This document shows, in pieces, positions 59,940 to 64,000 of a stretch of 64,000 nucleotides of DNA. Within the stretch, counting starts at the first letter, position 1. Each line of letters begins with the position of its first letter. Location: assembly GCA_964035545.1 (NCBI GenBank), contig OZ037769.1, positions 11,934,633 through 11,998,632 of the forward strand, given 5' to 3'. Under the pieces are notes generated by a model. The model did no database searches, had not been told where the DNA came from, and worked only from the letters and a program-made list of their open reading frames with translations. This DNA comes from Bugula neritina (taxonomy: Eukaryota > Animalia > Bryozoa). The position numbers and the translations under genes are program-made.

Positions 59940-62024
59940 TGTTACATGTGTATGTACAGATCTTTATAGCAGATATTGTAAAGATACGCAGGATAATCAG
60001 AAGCTACTCAACTCTCAGGCTAGGCGTTGATACATTAGCGTAGTCACATAGTTAATCAAAATGCTATGCTACCTTTCATCATATTGGCTGATGATCACCT
60101 GATACAGCTACAGTTATGTTTGACGGGAAAAGGGTCATTTTACTTAATTTAGTACACACTGGAAATTTTCAGTTTTTAGCTATTTTTCACAATTTAGCTG
60201 CTAATGAACAAGGATTTTTGCCCAAAACTAGTTAAATGTCAATCAGCACACATGAATAATTGAGGTTCTTTTTAATTTTGATTGATTTTCCATGTTTTTC
60301 CTAATTATTCAACTACGAAAAAACCATAACGATCTGCAATCAAAAGTAGCTAAATAATTAGGAAAAAACTTGGAAAATCAATCAAAATTAAAAAGAACCT
60401 CGATTATTTATGTGTGCTGATTGACATTTGACTAGTTTTGAGCAAAAATCCTTGTTCATTAGCAGCTAAATTGTGAAAAATAGCTAAAAGCTGGAAACTT
60501 CCGGTGTGTACTAAATTAGGTAAAATGACCCAAAAGCCAAACCATATTTTATCGGAGTAGACGTCAACAGCATCTTTGAGGCGGTGAGAGCACGGTTTGG
60601 GCTCACCACTTGAAATGTACGTGTACAGCTGCAAGGGCTCAGACGTGATCCTAAGACATCGTTGGAAAAACACGCAACTGTAGTTGAATGGATAGTGCAA
60701 GTTGTTTATGACAACTTACCAATAGAAGGCCAGGGGAGTTCGGCGCAGCAATATTAGCTTGAAAAGGCATTTGCTAGTAGCCAAAGTTGATTCGATGGAA
60801 AGGGCCCTTCGCTATCCATCGAAATAGGTATTTCCAAGCCGATAATGGATGTCAGTCTGGGGTGAAGATGGAGGCCGAAGATGGGCCGCCACTGTTAAAA
60901 GCTGTTGCCGAAGTTCACGTGGCCAAAGCAGCATCAGCAGTTAAAAAGGCAAACTCGACAACTAGTCTATTCAAAGAGCTGCTGATTGAAATTAGGCGTC
61001 TGCGCACAACTGGTAGCCAAGGAGCTGGCAGACGCCCCCTGTTTGTTAGGGGTGTGGAAGTGCAGGACATCTCTTCAGGAGCTGTCCTTACGCTGAAAGA
61101 AGATGGTTAGACCTCAACGGCCCAAGGTAGAATCTGCTAATCGTGAGACTCGGTTAACACCTATGAGACCAAGGCCGATGCCCAAGCCCGATAGGGTGAG
61201 AAGGCCACCTTTTTCAAAGTGGCAAGCCCCTAGAAAAGTTAGCAGATTGCAAGGTTCACCGAAACCTCCGGCTTGACTGCTCAGAAACGATATTGATAGG
61301 TTGCAGGAGAAGGGAGTATATGAAGAATGAGAGCAGGACTGAGATTTTCTTTCGCTGCCCACGAAACTTGAGAAACCTCTTTGCAATCGAAAAGGCAGTG
61401 ATGGTAATGGACATATGCGGAGCAGCAGGCATTTGAACATCTCAATGATAGCCTGATAGAGGCACCTATCTTGGAACCTATGAAGATTTTGCGTGAGCAG
61501 TGAGGAGTGAAGACTCTGATAATTTCTCCTTGTATAAAAAAGGGAATTGGGTCTTGATGGTCAGTCACCCACAGTATCGCGAACAAGTGGCTGAGTTACC
61601 TACAGCCGAAGTTTGAGAGTTGTTATGGCGTGACCGTTGTGATGCCCAATCACACATATAGGGTGGAGCATTACTACACTAGCGTAGTCACATAGTTATT
61701 CACAATGATAAACTATGCTATTGGCTAATGATCATCTGATCATACCTTGTGCTACGACAACTGCGTGCATATAAAAGGCCCATATGATACGCTAGTCCCA
61801 CGAGGTTTTAGAGTGGAGCAGGTTTAGTAAAGTAGTTTGTGTGATAGTTTAGTAATTATGTAACTTCTTTCTTGTACCCTTTTTTACTCTTATACTGTTC
61901 CCATGTAATAAATGTTATCTATACTCACTACATGTGAACTATTGATTTGGATAGTTTATCTCAGCACCTGCATTGCGACCTAGTTTCAATAATCTACATA
62001 TTGTGAAGCTCACAAACTACAACA
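59940..62024 (+). mobile_element. Degenerate, internally deleted Ty3/Gypsy LTR retrotransposon
   Basis: Gag zinc knuckle C*GCGSAGHLFRSC (~61044-61087); IDRLQEKGV; WTYAEQQAFEHLNDSLIEAPIL (RT/RNaseH connection, ~61408-61473). LTR-like 61621-62024 (TG...CA, TATA-like, AATAAA) with a partial direct copy at ~60031-60105. Left boundary uncertain. Confidence 0.75.
60132..60531. mobile_element. Palindromic (fold-back) MITE of the same family, nested in the Gypsy relic
   Basis: ~185-bp inverted arms, ~30-bp spacer, GGG...CCC ends, AAAA on both flanks (4-bp TSD). Confidence 0.85.
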
Positions 62025-64000
62025 TTATTGCCTTTTTAATGCAGCATTTAACCTATAACAGAAAAAAACAACTAAAGTTTCAGCAAGAATAAATAGAAAG
62101 GCAAACAAAATAAAATGAAAATTTGATCAACTTACTCAGTCAGCAAAACAAGCAAGCAGCAACTCTAAAATTAACAACAGTTAGCCAAAAAACTGAGCAA
62201 TAAACGAACAAGGATCAAGATTTTTGACCTCTATTAGAGCTGGCTCAATTATGGGTGATAAAGCATTGTAAATATGTTTAGGCAACTAGTCAACTGCAGC
62301 TATTTATAAGCACCAGAGAAAGATACTGATTCTAACAAAATAAAAAAAATGAAAAAGAGAAAAATAATTTCTGAATTAACCTTAAATCTTGACATGATAC
62401 GACAACTAACAGAAACTTTTACAATCAACGGTCCACAAGATAAATCACTTTGGGCAAAAGCCATTTGTTCAATGTAAATTTAGCACATAGAATAATTATT
62501 TCAAGTAGTAAAATTAACATAACGTAATGAATATCTTATAGTCTAATGCGTATTTAGCGGCATTAAGCATAACATTTCATTTAAATAGGTCATCGCACCG
62601 CTTGATTCCTGCCTACACGCAACAACTGCTAGTTGTTCTTACGCTTATTCATCAAGTAAATAGTTAACTCATAGCAGCATGCTCTTGCCCATTGGCTGTG
62701 GCTAACTTATATTTTGGTAGCCCAGATGTTTGGCGCAAACTTTGAGCTAATAGCTAGTAGCAATAGTCACGGGCTAGCAATGCAAGTCTCATCGCATCAA
62801 TAACAATTAATTTTAATATGATATAATTATTATAAAAAAAATCTGAGTTGCAATTAGTTTGAAGAAGCACAAGTTAGTTGTGTTTTTTAGTATTTGTCAT
62901 AATTCAAAGCTTTTATTAGGTATGTTTTATCTATTTTAAATATAATTATGATAATTGATTTGTGTAACATGTTTGAAAGTGTAAATTTATTTGAAATGCC
63001 AGTGCGGTCAGTGCATGATAAAATTCATAGCCATGTGTGTTTAGTTTACAATGCAGGCTTCTCATAAAATTACAACTTCTAAAAACAGACTTTCTAGTAA
63101 TTAATCAGTTTGTCCTAATTAGCAGTCAAAAGTTTTCTTTTTATACATACGAAAATTATGCCAATAGACAACATTTACTTCTGATGTAATGTATCTCGGA
63201 TTTGAACATAACTCTTATGTCTGAGATGCAGATACGGTATAATTTTGCCCTGGTAATTTATCAGCTACTAATAAAAGTCAACATTGACTATAAATTTAAT
63301 TTCTTTGTTTATGAGATACATGCACTCTTACTTATTGTCTCAACTGATACAATTACTTTTATTTAATGGTAGTTATTATTTAATGTCATTTTGATTATAA
63401 ACTTTGATATTTGTAGTAGACCTGTGGTAAGTTCTCAATATTCATTTGTTTAGTATAGGATTGAAATCATCTTAAAAGCATTAGGTAAACTTGAGAAAAG
63501 AAACATCTAAAATTGCAATCGAAAATAAAGTAAAAAGGAAAGCTATTAATCAAATTATATAAATAAGAAAAAGATGACTCTCACCCGCATGGTAAAGATA
63601 CAGGCAGTCTTAACCACATTGCTAATAATAGAACAATTTTTTCTCAAATAAAATGCTGCACATGAAAGAACTTTACATAAAACTTATAAACTGCAATACT
63701 AAACCTGTAAACTAAGTCAAAATTAAGAAAACAAAAAGAGAAGAAACAACAAAGTACACAACTTCAAATTAGTGGGAGCAGAAAGAATTCAACAACTATA
63801 AGTGGATTCCTTGGTGAAGTAAAGAGAAGCAAAATACGGAAACTGAATATAAATTTTTATAGTCAAATAAACATGAAGAACGTCTGCTATAAAGCAGATA
63901 AACAAAACAACAAACCCTAAAAGTAATATGATTATGACAAGACAATTTCAAATTGCCATAACATGAACACTCATAACTTGAGAAAAGTATCTATAATCAA

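Overview
AT-rich, intron-rich eukaryotic (invertebrate-like) genomic DNA. + strand: two tandem CLCA-family genes (metalloprotease-like N-domain, vWA, FnIII, TM). Gene 1 is 5'-partial (323-11080); gene 2 is complete (14211-49369, 21 exons, ~1001 aa). Both have the zinc-binding HExxH motif changed to KEFAH. Exon 4 of gene 2 is split, two codons after that motif, by a 16,975-bp element (17352-34326) with a perfect 8-bp TSD (ATTTAAAG), short CAGT..ATC terminal inverted repeats and a decayed multi-exon Zisupton/KDZ transposase. The element carries nested LINE, SINE and MITE cargo, while all host exons remain open. Just after gene 1 lies a 5'-truncated Penelope-like element (GIY-YIG ORF) with a minimal hammerhead ribozyme. 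- strand: a duplicated three-exon coiled-coil cassette resembling the GBP/atlastin helical region; one copy ends in a hydrophobic hairpin, the other in a CaaX box. Also present: Copia, Gypsy and RTE relics, a Sola2-like non-autonomous family with one palindromic derivative, tRNA-derived SINEs and long microsatellites. Most ORF-track entries are repeat artefacts or exon read-through. All family calls come from motif recognition by eye; no searches were run.
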